Origin: Camelus dromedarius
Lineage: Eukaryota
Reading direction: 5' to 3'
NCBI RefSeq assembly: GCF_036321535.1
Contig: NC_087437.1
Location: 93,064,001 to 93,128,000, forward strand
Length of the DNA: 64,000 nt
Under the pieces are notes generated by a model. That model did not search any database. It saw only the letters and a list, made by a program, of their open reading frames with translations, and was not told the DNA's origin. Within the stretch, counting starts at the first letter, position 1, and every line of letters begins with the position of its first letter. Shown here one piece after another: positions 1 through 14,579 of the stretch. A program made the position numbers and the translations under genes.

Positions 1-603
1 ACTTCAGTCAACAATTATGACAACTACATCACATTGTTATTTCATGATAAGTGTGTTTATTTAGGTCCTCATTCAGTTATCAAGTTGAATAATTCGGGCA
101 GTGATGGGCAGTGACGGGGGCAGATCATTTGGCAGCAATTTGTGTGAAGAGAGAAACTGGAGATGGGGAATTGCATTTGGAAACATCACGATCTAAGCAA
201 GCAGTAATGTAGGTTAAATAAGATAGTGTCTGTAGACTTGGAGCAAAGGAAAGGAATTTATTTGAAAGATAGTGTGGAGTTAGGATTGCTAGTACTTGTC
301 TCATATTTTACCACAGTTGTTATAATGACGTATTTTGTTACATCTGGGTCCTCATACCATTGTTTTTACCCATCTGTTTGTTGGCTTGTTTATTAACTTG
401 ATAACCAATAATCTAGTGGTGGCTCGACAGTAGGAAGACCCTGTCAAAAGGCTTGACATACAAGTTTTGGCTCTCCCATTGAGAATCATATGTCTTTAGT
501 GATCCCTTTGCCTTAGTAAGCCTCAGCTTTATCTTCTAAATAAAGAGGATCCACTGCAGACCCTTACTGACTATAGTGGAAGTCATTTTATTTCTTCACT
601 CTT

Positions 604-722
604 TTTAAAAAAAAAATTATTTTTTTATTATTATTATTATTCTTTTTTATGATGGGGGTACTGGGGATTGAATCTCGTGCATGTTACACATGCACTCTAT
701 CACTGAGCTATACCCTCTTCCC
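604..722 (-). mobile_element. tRNA-derived SINE (Vic-1-like), with a small internal deletion
   Basis: Reverse complement reads AGGGTATAGCTCAGTGATAGAGTGCATG...TTCAATCCCCAGTACCCCC followed by an A-rich tail. Target-site duplication (TSD) cttcactctt at 594-603 and 728-737. Confidence 0.8.
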
Positions 723-1206
723 AGTTGCTTCACTCTTAATGTACTAACTTGACTTTCCATTTCATCAGAAGCTAAGTGCTCACAAAATACACTCCATGTC
801 AGTGCTGTATACGGAGAGAACAAGGATAACAGATATATAGCACGTGTATTTTTATGTTTGATGAAAGCAGTAGCTAGTAATACCAGGGCTCAAAAAAAAG
901 GGTCAGAAACTCTGTTTCAGCAGTAATGCTTTTACTGTTTTCTGTGTGACACTAACAAAAAGAAAACAAAATAGCCTCATGAGATCCAAGTTGTCCTGCA
1001 GCAGAAAGCATTACACAAAGTCTTTTTGGGAAATGAAATATGCTATCACAATCTTATCTACTTTTACAATTATGCTACCAAAACACCCACAAAATATATG
1101 CCCCCATTTATTGTTTGTACTTATTGGCCTGGATTTTACTGTTAGAAGAATACTTAGTAAAATTTTGAGCAATATGAACTGAGAATGCTGGTGCTCTTTA
1201 TTTTAG

Positions 1207-1425
<219 letters not shown>

Positions 1426-2900
1426 TAAATTCTCTCATTAGTGTGTTGATTCTTGTGCTTTTTAATAAGGTGCTTCTCAAACTTCTAAAAGTTCTAGTTT
1501 AGAGCATTCACACTTACATTATGCAGACAAGGAGAAAAAATGTTAGCTGTGTAAATGGAATTTTGCATTATCAATGCAATTATATGAAACTTCAGTGTTC
1601 TATATTTAAAACACATTAAACTTCATCAAAGCATCTATTTCTGCCTGCAAATCATCAATTAACATAGAAGTCACTCCTTCATTTCCAGTGCTTGCTTCAT
1701 AGTATGGTTTTTTCGCAGCAGATTTGGATTCATCCATTCCTTCATTTAGTATTTAAAAGTCTTTACCAAGTGTCAGGCACTGGGAATGAATAATTGTACA
1801 TGACACCTTGCGTATCATTGCTAAACCAATTTTATTAAATTTAATGACAGTTCAAGTAGTTTGGACTATATTTTGTTTCATTTAATGTTTGCCTAAAAGA
1901 CTAAAGTTGTTATATAGAGTTAGATTTGATATAGAACAGTTTTGATTGGCCAAGTCCGTAATCATAGGCTAATATGTATAAGGAGTCAGATGTGTGTCAA
2001 ATGATCACAGCTTTCTGATGAGCCCTTTAGTGCATGAACCAGTGGCATGAGATCACAATGGTAGAAGAGCTTAGCTTTGCATAGGAAAACCACAAAGCCT
2101 ACTCTGAAGGAAGTGCTTATTCTAATCATCTCTTAATTGTCTTTTCCGTACCCCTAGGCAGTTTGCGCAGTGCACAGCTGTGGCATTAAACCTCTACCAA
2201 CCCAGCTTCCGCTTCTCCATTTATAATGATGTCTTAAACATTTGTCGGGTGCAAAAGCAAGTGTTTTACAGAGACAATTAGACTTAGAAATCAAACAAAT
2301 AAACGTGTGTTCTAGCTTAATACCTGGGAAGGTTGCTCTGTATTTGTTATTTTTTGAAAAATGCTGTGGTATTCAAGTTTCTCACCTTGGTTGAACATTT
2401 TTTTATCCACCCACCATCTTTTACTTTTTCTAGTCTTCTGCACAGACTTTTTTCCCCTCACAAGTGCCAAATCTTGCTTTTTTAATTTCCTACTGAAAAG
2501 CCTTCACCAATCTGTGCAGATTCAAGAATATTTCAAGCTGTACATCAAACTAGAATTATTTCCCAGTCTTTCATAGCTCACAGTAGGATATTTCCTTCTC
2601 TGAAAAATGGCAGTTTTTAAAAAAATATTTTTAATTTAACTTACTAAACATTTCAGTACCTTGTATGCTAAAGGTATGGTAGTAGGCAGTACATCATACA
2701 AATAGAAAAAATGTACTGTCCTCCACTTAGGCAATGAGTAAAGTTTTTTTGCTGTTGTTTTTTGTTTGTCTTCTGTTTTGACTACTGAAGTACAACTATT
2801 CCAGCATGATTCCTTGAAAAGTCTACCCTCCTTCCACTGAATTGTTTTTACACATTAGTCAAAAATTAATTGGGCATATTGGTGTAGCCCAATAGCCCAA

Positions 2901-3344
2901 TACATTAGTTTCAAATTGTTGCTCAAAATGCCATAAGCTTAGTGTCTTAAAATAATACAAATTTACTATCATAAAATCACGAATCCGAAATGAGTCTTCC
3001 TAGGCTGAAATCAGTGCATTGTCAAGGCTGCATTCCTTCCAGAGGCTCTAGTTACCGTGCCTGTTCTAGCTTCTAAAAGTCATGTATTCCTTGGTTCATG
3101 GTCCCTTCCTCTATCTTCAAAGTCAGCAGAGTAACATCTTCAAATCTCTTACTCTGACAACTCAGGCCTCTTCTAAGAAAGATCCCTGTAATTACCTTGG
3201 GCCCATCAAGATAATCCAGGATAATCTTTCCATCTCAGTGTCACATCTTTCAAAAAGTCCTTTTTGCCACGGAAGGTGACATATTCAGAGACTCTGGACA
3301 TTAGATGTGACCATCTGTGGGTGGCGATTATTCTGCCTAACACA
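2901..3344 (-). mobile_element. MaLR LTR (MLT1D-like)
   Basis: Motifs ggctgcattccttccagaggctctag, gataatccaggataatct and attattctgcctaacaca are typical of antisense MLT1 LTRs. Confidence 0.7.
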
Positions 3345-3469
3345 GTCTGCCCTCTGCTGCCCAATGATTCACACTACAATTATGGGGGATGGATAAGCAT
3401 GTCTGAATTCTGTAGAGCAAAAAAAAAAGCAAAGGAAGATACATAACCTCATTTCTTGCACCAAAATCT

Positions 3470-3652
3470 GCATTAGTTTTCTACTGCTGTGTAACAAATT
3501 ACCACAAACTTAGCAATTTACCCCATGACTCAGTTGTTATCTCATAGTTCCTTTAGAGGACATCCATCACATACCCACACTTGAGGATTACACAAAGACG
3601 TGAATATAAGGGAGCAGGAATCATAGGGGCCATCTTAGAATTCTGCCTGTCA
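3470..3652 (-). mobile_element. MaLR LTR fragment (MLT1E/F-like), internally deleted
   Basis: ctgctgtgtaacaaattaccacaaacttagc ... ggggccatcttagaattctgcct termini. Confidence 0.6.
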
Positions 3653-4560
3653 GCCTGCTGTTGACACTTTTGGACAAGGAAATGAGCCCACGTAGAAAGA
3701 GTGTGTTGTGTAAAAGAGAAGAGGCTATTTTTAGGCTATTAACTCTGAGGAACACCAGCATTTTTTAGGACAGGCAGAGAAAGGGACTTTGCAGGATGCC
3801 TAGAGTGGTGGGGAAACAAAACAATCGGGAGTGTCACAGTGGTAGACTGAGAAGGAAAGCATTTCACGGGAAAGTTCAGGGCAGCCACAGCATCATATAC
3901 GGCAAGCTTTTGCCTTAAGAAAGAGCAGCTCCTGACCTAGGAGGCAGTCATAATCTGAGATTTGGGCAGGATTATTTGCATCCAAGAGGTGTTAGGGGTG
4001 CAGAAGCCACAGGGAGACTGAGCAGCCACTGAGGTGGAGACAAAAATGTGTGGTCTGTTCAGATGATAATTATTTCATGATAATTAGCCTTTACACTTTG
4101 AAATAGTAGTTGTTTTAATTATTTTAGGATTGGAACAAGACACTATTCCTACATTTTTTTTTATTCGTACCTAAAAATGTAGCAAGTATATCTCTACCTT
4201 GTGGAAGTTATAGAAGGACATACTGCACAACAATACTTTACTGTGATCATTAATCATGTGGTAGCAGCTGTTACAGAGGAAAAAAGGTTGCAGAAATCCT
4301 ACAGTATAGTGATCAAATCATCTGCCCAAAAGCAAGCACACGTGTGCGCACACACACACACATACAACCTCACTGTCATTTAGAGAGTCTGTATAAAAGC
4401 TATGATTTCAGTAAAAGTTTCAAAAAGATATTTTTGCTACATGAGTGTGCTTATAATTACATGTCAGATAATTTGGATTGATGAGATGTGTACCGTCAGA
4501 TTGGGATGTAAAGCAAGAATGATAATGGTATATTCAAATTACTTTCTCTCTTGCATCTAG

Positions 4561-4713
<153 letters not shown>

Positions 4714-4918
4714 TAGTAACATATCTCAATGCGAATTTCTATAGTTTAATACAATTAATATAAGTTGTAATCTGTTTTTATGTGAAAACTACTCATCCTT
4801 GAAAAACATTTTAAAATTAGTTTGTAGATCTGTAAATTGCAGCTTCAAAATGCAGTACCATTTTTAAATTGCCAAACTGTAATTAAAAATTATAAATGAC
4901 AGTGGCAAATGTTATCTC

Positions 4919-5204
4919 TTTTTTTTGGTATTTTTTTTTATTGAAGTGTAGACAGTTTACAATGTTGTGTCAATTTCTGGTGTATACATAATGCTTCGGT
5001 CATACATGAAAATACATACAATTGTTTTCATATTCTTTTTCACGTAAGTTACTACAAGGTATTGAATATGCTATACGGTGTACACTTGTTTATCTATTTT
5101 ATATATAATAGTTAGTATCTGCAAATCTCCAACTCCCAATTTATCCTTTCCCATCCCCTTCCCCTGCTGATAACCACAAGTTTGTTTTCTATGTCTGAGT
5201 CTGA
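4919..5204 (-). mobile_element. 5'-truncated L1 3' end
   Basis: Poly-T followed by attgaagtgtagacagtttacaatgttgtgtcaatttctggtgta, an antisense artiodactyl-type L1 3' UTR. Confidence 0.8.
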
Positions 5205-6097
5205 ATATGTTTTCCTTTGTTGTAATGGGAGGAATGTTGGTGCTAATCCAGGTTAATTTTAATTTCCATTTTAGATTTCCTTCTAAGGGTTTTTTTTTTT
5301 ATGCCTTTTGACAAGCTTTCATTATTTTTTCCCTCAATCACTGATACCTTTTGCTGAGTGATTGCCCTGACCCTTGTCCCTCTCTGTTTTAGTTCATCCT
5401 CTCTAATGTAGCCTGAGGTATTTTCCAAAGAGCGAAGTAAATTTTGTCAACCCTGATCTCTTGGCTAAAGCTTCTCATTAACAGCCTCTCATATCCTGGC
5501 CCTTGTCAGAGTTTCCAGCTTTATTTTCTGCTCAACCGTCCAAGCATTCTATTCTTCAATACTGGAAAATGTCCACCCATTCCTGAGTAGGTCAGCCTGC
5601 CCCAGTCTTGTGCTTTTTCCTGCACACCTGCAAATGCCTGCTTCACCTGGGAAGCTTCTCTGAAGATCTAATGACCTATCTCAGATTATAGTCTCCGTGA
5701 AGCCTTCATCTAGTTGTATAAAGAAAAAAATAATTGCCCCATTTTTCATGTTCTCATCATATTTTAAGCAGAAAATTTGTTTCTGTTGCCTTTGCTTTTC
5801 CAGCCTTAGCACTGTGACTGCCTAGTAGTCACTCAGTAAACAAAAATAAATGGGAGATAAGGCCATTTAGTTATTTAAAGCTATATGAATCGTCATAAAC
5901 ATAAATAGCATAAAATGAATTCTTTATACATTAAAAAGAAGACAGTAAAACTTTTTGAAATTACTTGCAGTATGCATATTAAGAAAATTGAAACTCAAAC
6001 AATAAGCTCTTCTGTTATTTCAACAGAAATTGACAATTTAGGGTAAACACTAGTTTTTCAGGTGTCTCCTCTAACTATTAAGGAAGTGTGAGTAGAC

Positions 6098-6309
6098 CAG
6101 AGGTCAGCTACCAAGGCCCATGGGCCAGATTCTGCCTGCTGCGTGTTTTTGTAAAGTTAGTGGGAACACAGCCATGCTCATTCATTTACCTATTGTCTGT
6201 GGCTGCTTTTGAGTTATAATGGCAGATTTAAGTAGTTGAGACTGAGAAAGTAGCCTGCAATGCTTCAACTATGTACTGTTTGGCCTTTGAGAAAGTTTAC
6301 TCACTCATG
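6098..6309. mobile_element. MER58A-like hAT-Charlie DNA transposon
   Basis: ggcccatgggccagattctgcctgctgc...gaacacagccatgctcattcattta...gtctgtggctgcttt. Near-perfect 8-bp TSD gagtagac/aagtagac. Confidence 0.75.
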
Positions 6310-7141
6310 AAGTAGACATATACTAACTTTTGCATCTTCCAAATCAGGACAGTACTGTTGTTTTCAACTAAACTGGCTGTAGAGCAGATGAAATAAATAC
6401 CTGTGAAAAAACTAGAACCAAAATGTAACAAAATACGAAATGAATAATATTAATTTAAGGATGGGAGAACCCCTTGCCAAATACATAACAACATGAAAAT
6501 TAAACTACAAACATAAATGGTATCTTGCTATTGCAAACTCCTAGCAGTTGTAGCATATTTTGAGCTCCCAATATGTTTATTTTATGTGAATGAATGACAA
6601 AAATAAATGAGTAGAATAAACAAATTGAAGATGAAACTGATAGATTAATTTCATAATTTTGTCCCCATGATGTACAGAAACACTGTAGATTTACCAAGAG
6701 TTATTTCATATTTTAAAGATCCAGATATTAGAAATTGGCTTGTATTAGAAATTGTCAGGAATACACAAAAAGATGCAAGTTGACTAGTTCTTTCTGAAAG
6801 CAAACATAAACTGAATTTTAAGCCTGATAAAAATTATAAATATAAATACTTATTAAATGAATTGCATAGAAATTCAGAACAAAAATCTAAGCAGAAGTTA
6901 TCAAAATAATTTTGTAATAGAGATTACAGAAATGAACAGTCACACATAAGAATATAATTAAACAATTCAAAGAAATGGTGCTGTCAAATAATCTAACAAA
7001 TATACTTATATACATTATTTTCAAACTTTTTTTAGCATTGGAGCCTTATTTTCAAACTAAGCTTTTATGGAACTCTTAAGTCATATGTCAGATTGAAGCT
7101 GCATTTTACTGGTATTGTATTAGTCTGCTAATGCACTGGTG

Positions 7142-7500
7142 TGTATTAGTCTGCTAGGGCTGCTATAACAAATACCACAGACAGGATGGCTTAAACAACA
7201 GAAATTTATTTCTCAATTCTCTGAAAGCTGGAAGTCCAAGATCAGATGTCAGTGGTTTGTATCTCCTAAGGCCTCTCTCCTAGGCTTACTATCTTCTCTC
7301 TGTGTCCTTGCATGGTCTTTTTTTCTGTGTAAAACCATCCCTGGTGTCTCTTTCTCTTCATAAAAGGACACCACTCATGTGGGATTATGACCTTATTTAA
7401 CCTTGATTATCTCTTTATTAAGTCTTTACCTTTAAACATAGTCACACTGGGGGATTAGTACTTCAATGTGAATTTGAAAGACATAATTCAGCCCTTAACA
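7142..7500 (-). mobile_element. MaLR solo LTR (MLT1A/B-like)
   Basis: tgtattagtctgctagggctgctataacaaataccacaga...ggcttaaacaacagaaatttatttctc...aattcagcccttaaca, with TG...CA termini. Confidence 0.8.
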
Positions 7501-7510
7501 GAACACACTC

Positions 7511-7914
7511 TTTTTTTTTTTTTTTTTAATTGAAGTATAGTCAGTTACAATGTGTCAATTTCTGGTGAACAGCATAATGTCCCAGTTATGCATGTATATA
7601 CATATATTCATTTTCATACTCTTTTTCATTAAAGATTGTTACAAGATACTGAATATAGTTCCCTGTGCTATAAAGAAGAAATTTGTTTTTTTATATATAG
7701 TGGTTATCATTTGCAAATCTCAAATTCCCAAGTTTATCCCTTTCCACCCCCTTTCCCTTGGTAACCATAAGATTGTTTACTATGTCTGTGAGTCTGTTTC
7801 TGTTTGTAGATGAGTTCATTAGTGTCCTCTTTTTTCTTTTTCTTTCTTTTTTTTAGATTCCACATATGAGTGATAACATATGGTATTTTTATTTCTCTTT
7901 CTGGCTTACTTCAC
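7511..7914 (-). mobile_element. 5'-truncated L1 3' end
   Basis: Long T run followed by aattgaagtatagtcagttacaatg...agattccacatatgagtgataacatatggtatt...ctggcttacttcac. Confidence 0.85.
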
Positions 7915-8992
7915 ATTCATTTTATATGTTTAGATTTTAAATATTTACCTGTAAGTCCAAGAACAAAGAAAATGCATTGATAAAAAGCAAAACAATTTGA
8001 ACTCAAGTAATATAGATGACAAGTTACTCTAATCTGAGAATTCTTGGAAGGAACCATATTCTGAGCCAATTCTTTCTTTGCCCTCAAAATAAGGACAAGA
8101 CCCACAGAAAGAGTAGATCTTCCTGTAACAGTATTTTAAGGAAAAGTCATTTTAATGAAAATAGTTTAGATATCAGTTTGTAAGTAAAAATATTTTTCTA
8201 AAAATGAAAATGATTGTTCAGTAGTAAGAGTAAGGAGATCATGGGTTTAATCTCTGCGTTTCATCATATTTTATTTTTTGTCAGTGAAGAACACTTTGCA
8301 TTAGTTAGCTGTTTTTAACCATAAATAATTCATATTGTTAAAAGGCCACTCTTGCTGTTCAGGGTGTTTCTGAGTTATCTGCCCCATTTGCCAACTATTA
8401 TATTTTCATATAAAACAAATTTTAGATGAGATGGCAAATATAATGAGAAAGCAAATTTTACATTTGAAGAACAAACTGTCAATTCTCTGCTGAAAGGGAG
8501 GACGGTCCATTGTAATATATTTATATACACATTTTATATATATATATGTAAATACCTATACATAAATATGAATACATATACAATGATTTTTAAGAAACTC
8601 TTCCACCCTTTAAAAACAAATAAAATCATTGTATGCAAATTATTTTTAAAAAACCTATTTCATATTCTCAACATTATAATACATGTTTATTCTAACTTGA
8701 GAAAGTTTGAACCATCAGCTTTAGTATAACAAATATTTAGGTAGCTTATCATGAATTTTTCACCAAGCTCTTTTAAAAATAAAAGAAATGTGCATACATG
8801 AGATCTTTCCCGTGTTTCACCAGCTCACCGTCAGCATAGAAGGTGACTACTGGAAAATCCATGAAGTTGATGCTAAAGCACGTGCCTCTCCTGCATTGTT
8901 TCCCATTCTGTGTAGTCACGTGTTATTCTGTATAAATCACAACTGTTTAGCACCTTCCTTTGCGTTTATCTCTGTGACTTTTATTTCTATAG

Positions 8993-9199
<207 letters not shown>

Positions 9200-9974
9200 T
9201 AAAATGTTAACTAATATCATACATGACATAAATCATGTAGAATATTTTGGTTTGGCAGTTTAGGTTTAAAATAGAAAATTACAACTTTATTTCTTTAAAA
9301 CAATGTCATGGGTAAACCGTAGAAATTAAATTACTTTAAAATTATTGTTATACTAATACATGATGCAAAAGTAATCTAATGGCTGGTATTTTATTTACTA
9401 TTGTTGTCAGTAAATAGGGTGAACTAATTTTGAAAATAGAGTTAGTATTCTGAATTTGATCATTCTGAATTAATTTTATTATTTTGGTGATGCACATAGA
9501 ACATAAGAAAGATATAATTATCATGTCATAATATATTGAGCTAATATTGTTAGTCTTTTTTGAGGTAATTGTATACCAGTATATCTGTATTATAAATGTG
9601 GAAACCAAGGCCCAAGATACTGTTTATATTTATTTAGAAAATAAATATTTATTTAGAAAAATAGGAAACATGAATATTCAAATGTCATTGTTGTCTGAAG
9701 GATCTTGAATGATAAAGCGTAGAAATCAACTAATACCATTTTCTGTTCTATTTGGTCAACTTTGACCATTTGAATTTTAGGAAATGTCACCAGATTTTAG
9801 GCTAGAGAGAGGTAGAAAGACTGGGAAATGCATATAAGAAGCTGACTTGTTTTTCTACAATTAAAGTCTTAGAGCTTCAGATTAATTCATTTCTACTTGG
9901 AAATTTTTATTAAAAAAAAATCTCAGATTGGACTTTTAAAAGCCTCTAAAGCCTCTTTTGTTTGCTAACTTGAG

Positions 9975-11070
9975 GTTAGGAAACCAAACCCAATAAACTA
10001 CTCACCAGATTTCACCTGTGCAACCTGTACCTGTCGGTGCATTCCTCTCAGGTTCACCAGAATTTGTTAATATTCCCAGCTCTCAGAAAGTGGCCTTCAT
10101 GACCTATGCGACTACACTTTGCCATCCACCACCAGGCTGGGCTTCCTGGGTGGACTTTGCAGGCATTGTATCCATAAGAAAAACCAGCCTCAGTTCCTTA
10201 AAAGCAACTGGTCCTCCCTGACACAATGAACACCATTCACAAATATGGCCTTTCCAGTATGGCCTTAGTTACATAATCAATTTATTCAGTTATATCCTGA
10301 TGAAAAGGTGGAGTCTATAAGCCATGTAAATAACTATGTCACCGTGTGGAGCAAGGAGAACTGGGGGTTTAGTGAGAAAATTATAAATGTTTTATTTCAT
10401 TTCCAAAAGCAGAGTTTATTAAATTGTTATAGTGTAGGGATAGATTAAAAAGAAAATGAAGGGGCTTCCTTTTATACTTGGAAACTCAAACAACTTTCCA
10501 GATAGAGAACCAAAATCAAATAAGATCTCTGAGTTCACACTGTCAGTCCTATGTCTTTAGTTCTTAAGCCCACTGCATCCTTGAATTCTAGGAATCCTAT
10601 CTTGGTTTACTGCTTTAGTCTAGAAGTTGTGTTAGCTCAAAAGCCTGTACCTCAGAGCTGAGAGCATCAGTAGTTTGAAGGACCAAAGAGAGACCTTTTC
10701 CTGAGACTGTCCTTTGTTGAAGACAGTTCTAGCTTATAGCATATAAGAGAGCTTCAGAGTAAAACAAATCTACAGATGACAGTGACTTAATCACCCTAGT
10801 TAATTTAATATTGATAACTTTCAAATAAAAAAGGTATGATGAAAGTTCATAATGCGAACTATTCCTGAGTCTTGGAAAAAGGTAAGAACAGATCATAGAC
10901 AGCTAGTACATTAACACATCTCCAGTAACTTCATAAACTTTATGAAATATTTATATTCATACCACCTTAACTGTTTACATTCATCCTAGGGCTATCTGAG
11001 CTTCTATTCTGTTTTGGAAACTCTTCCCATGGAACTTTTAATAGTATCACAATAAATAAATGTAATTATT
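9975..11070 (-). mobile_element. Degenerate ERV1 internal fragment (MER4-group-like)
   Basis: Recalled similarity of aaccaaacccaataaa...tcaccagatttcacct...tcagaaagtg...ctcagttccttaaaagcaactggtc to MER4-group internal sequences. Boundaries are approximate. Confidence 0.4.
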
Positions 11071-11399
11071 TCTAGCATCTCTCTGTAAGGTCTGTAAATT
11101 GACCATATTTGTGGTATCTAATATCATTTTGAGACTATTCTTTGATGTAGGACTCGAAGACCTTTTGAAGTTTTACCCTTACTTTTGTCCTTCAAATGTC
11201 TTATAATGTTTAACTCTAAGATAGTATTAAAAAAAATTCCTTCTGTCTCAATATCTTATCTAAATCTAGTATTTCTCTACTAAGTTTAAAATTAGTAATC
11301 TCCAAAGGCTCCATAATTTCTGATACTGATGTTGTTTTATGAAATTTAATATTTCCCTGTGAGCTACAATGGGTTTAAATATTTTTTTCCACTTTCTGA

Positions 11400-11900
11400 T
11401 CATGTCACTCTCATGCCTAATGGCTTTGATGACTACAGTGTCCTCCAGCTGACCCATGAGCCTCACATGAAAGGTCTCCCGAGGGTCTCCCCGTTGATTG
11501 CTCTGCCCCAGCCAAGCAAGCCTTCTTCCAGTTCATTGAATGTATCAACCTCCTTCCACTCTGAACTCTGTACATTTCGCTGTTCTCCCCTCTTGGAATC
11601 ATTCTACTCAAACATCCCCTGCCATTCCTGACCAAATTCTTTATCTGCATATCTTACTTCCTTAGGGAAGCCGTTTCTAAATCCTCAAAGTTCACTAGTT
11701 TTACCTATGATTCATTTTATATTACCCTATACTTACCTTTTGTGACACTTAACAAAGTAACATTTTTTAAAAACCTGTTAAATATATGACTGCCTTGATA
11801 TTTTTAAAACTCAGTGAAAATAGGGGCCATCTGTATCTTATTTACTATTATATCTCCAGGAATTAGTAGCAACTAGCGCGGTATCTAGGACATCACAAGA
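11400..11900. mobile_element. L2 fragment
   Basis: Pyrimidine-rich decayed sequence ending with an L2 3'-type motif (ggggccatctgtatcttatttactattatatctccagg...tagc). Confidence 0.5.
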
Positions 11901-12939
11901 CTTTCCCATTTTCCTGAAAAAGGAGATTTTATACACTTATATATATGTATATGTATTATATATAATTGTAATATTTTTAGCAATAATTCATTAGCTGCAA
12001 TCACCAGTTGTAATTTTAAGCAAAGTTATTTTTTTCAAGTGGCTTGTAAGAAATTAATTTTTATCAACTTAAGAAATTCAAGACCGAGGAGCAATCTGTT
12101 TGTTTACTTCTGTTTTAGGCATTTTTTAAACTTGTTAGCTTTCTGGAGTTTTATTTTTATTTAGCTCTAGTAGAGAAAGGATGAGTTAAAAGAAGAATCT
12201 CACAGAAACACATTTTGTAGTTTTTCATTAAAATATGTTTACATAAATTTGTCAAGTATTTAAATATGTGTTCTATTTATTAAAAATCATTAAGATCACT
12301 ATGGATTTCCTCACAGTGATACCAGTTTAGCTGATTTATTTTGTTTTTGTGTTATATACTCCTAATTTTGAGTTTCAAAAATTTCTTTCATTCTGGTTAA
12401 AGCAGGGGAATATTTGCTATGATTTTTTTTTTATTTGCTAGGTTATTTAAATTTATTATGAATAAATAGGTTTATATTTCCTGTTCTTCTGCCATATCAT
12501 TATATGAAAGAGGAGCAGGGATAGCTAAATACATTTTATATTTTTACGACACTGATCATAAAAGAGCTATAATGATAAAGAGTAATAAAAGTAAATTTAT
12601 ATTGACATACATTCTCTGTTTTCTAAAATACTTTTACATGCATCATCTAACTTAATCTTCATAAAAATTTTCTTTTTCTATACTGTCTTAGTTTCAAAGA
12701 AACATAGGGTAAAAGAAGAGTACTCAGGTATCAATGTAGATGTTCCAAGTCCCATTTTACTAAAACTGCAGCTCGGAGAGCAAGAAGGACATGCCTAAGG
12801 TTGAACAACTAGGGAACGACAGCTGATCCATTGTCTTTTTCTTCTATTTCCAGTTGGAGAAAATTAGGGAAAAAATTATTAGATCAATGTGTAGAGTAGC
12901 TACCAAAGTATGGTTAATACGTATTTTTTAGAGACTAAG

Positions 12940-13150
12940 GGTAGAGCGTAGTGGTTAAGTAAAGGACCTGGGTGAGGACCCGAGCTATTAGCTCTGTGAG
13001 CTGAGTGGATTGATCATCACTCTGTGCTTTTGTTTGCTCAGTGATGGAAGGGAGCCATGCCTGCCTCAGAGGGTTGTTTTCAGGGTGAAATGATTTAATA
13101 CGCACGCAAGACTTAGAATATTGCCAGGCACATAGCTCATTGTTAATGTT
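12940..13150 (+). mobile_element. MIR SINE
   Basis: agcgtagtggttaag...tagctctgtga...cctgcctcagagggttgtt...gaaatgatttaata...cttagaatattgccaggcacatag. Confidence 0.7.
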
Positions 13151-14579
13151 TATTTAAATTTAATTTAATTTTAAGTGAAATTACTTCTACTATTTTTTAA
13201 TATTGTTAGTTATTTCATTAAATACATGGGTCCTAAATGCTGAGGTTATAATTTCATCTAACAGTTTCTTTAGAATCTTATCTGGTGATATATTGTTTAA
13301 TGTAAAAGTTTCTTAAAATATTTAATTCATTTCTTCTTGAAAACCAGTAAAGGTGATAACTCCTTGTTAAAAACCAAATGACATTTTCCTAGGTGATATT
13401 AAATGGTTAATTATACAGAAATTAAGCCATTTCTATAATCAGTCTCACTAAGAGTAAATATTACTTTTTTTTTTTTTTGGTTTTTAACTCATAGTGACGT
13501 CTACTGAATGTTGCTACTAAAACATCTTACTTAGCTTTCATTATGAGGAGATCTGACGGTCACCTCAATTCTCATTTCTAGGATAAGCCAATATCCTATT
13601 AATCAGTTAACATTATGTATTATGTGGTTTCTGTGTATGAGTGTGTGTGACCTTTGGATAAGCTTAGTATGTTTTTCTGGCATACTTGTGCACAGATGTA
13701 TTTCACACAGAGAGGAGGAGGAGGGAGGGAGATAGAGAAGGCAGACTGATATAAGGCAAGTTCAGTGAATTTGAGATATACATCAATTTAAACGATACAT
13801 TTAATATATTCATAATACATTCTAGAATGTGTTTTAACACAATTTATAAAATTCCTTCATGCTTCAGACATTTATATGTACATACTAAGTACCAGGTATT
13901 GCTAAGTGGTGAATATTCCTAGGTGAAAAATAGTTCTTACCCTCAAGGTCTCAAAATCCAAAAGGGAGTAGGGACAAATAAGCAGACGAGTATCTCTATA
14001 CTAGTACACTCACTGGATACAGTGATAGAGATAAGCAGAGAATGTCATGTAAATATGTAGGAAACTGTGGTAGGAAATTAGATTGTTGTTGGAATTTATG
14101 TGCTGCTTCCACCAGACAAACTTAGAAGACTAGAAAGGCACAAGAAAGTCATACAATGAACTCAGTAAAAGTCTGAGTAGGACTGAAGCAGTGGAGTGAG
14201 ATTTAAAGTCAGTCAGGAATATTAAACTTCAAAAAAATGAAAAAACTGGGGCCTGAGGAAGTCAATTTAGAGATCATTCATTGATTGGCAAGTTTAATGA
14301 AAAACTGTGATTTTCAATCACTTTAAAATACCATGAACTCTTCAGTAAAAAGGCTTCGTATTGATTGATGGTTGAATAGCTTTATGGTTTATTTGTTCCT
14401 CTATTTATAGTATAAAGTGATACAGATTAGAAATATGAGATGTGATTATTGATAATCTATATGGATATGTCTTTACTATTTTTATAATTAGTTTAATGTT
14501 TGATTGATGGTTAAAAATAAATGTAGGATGAAAACCATTTGCTTTACACATAGGATGACCTCAGTGAATACACATGTTG

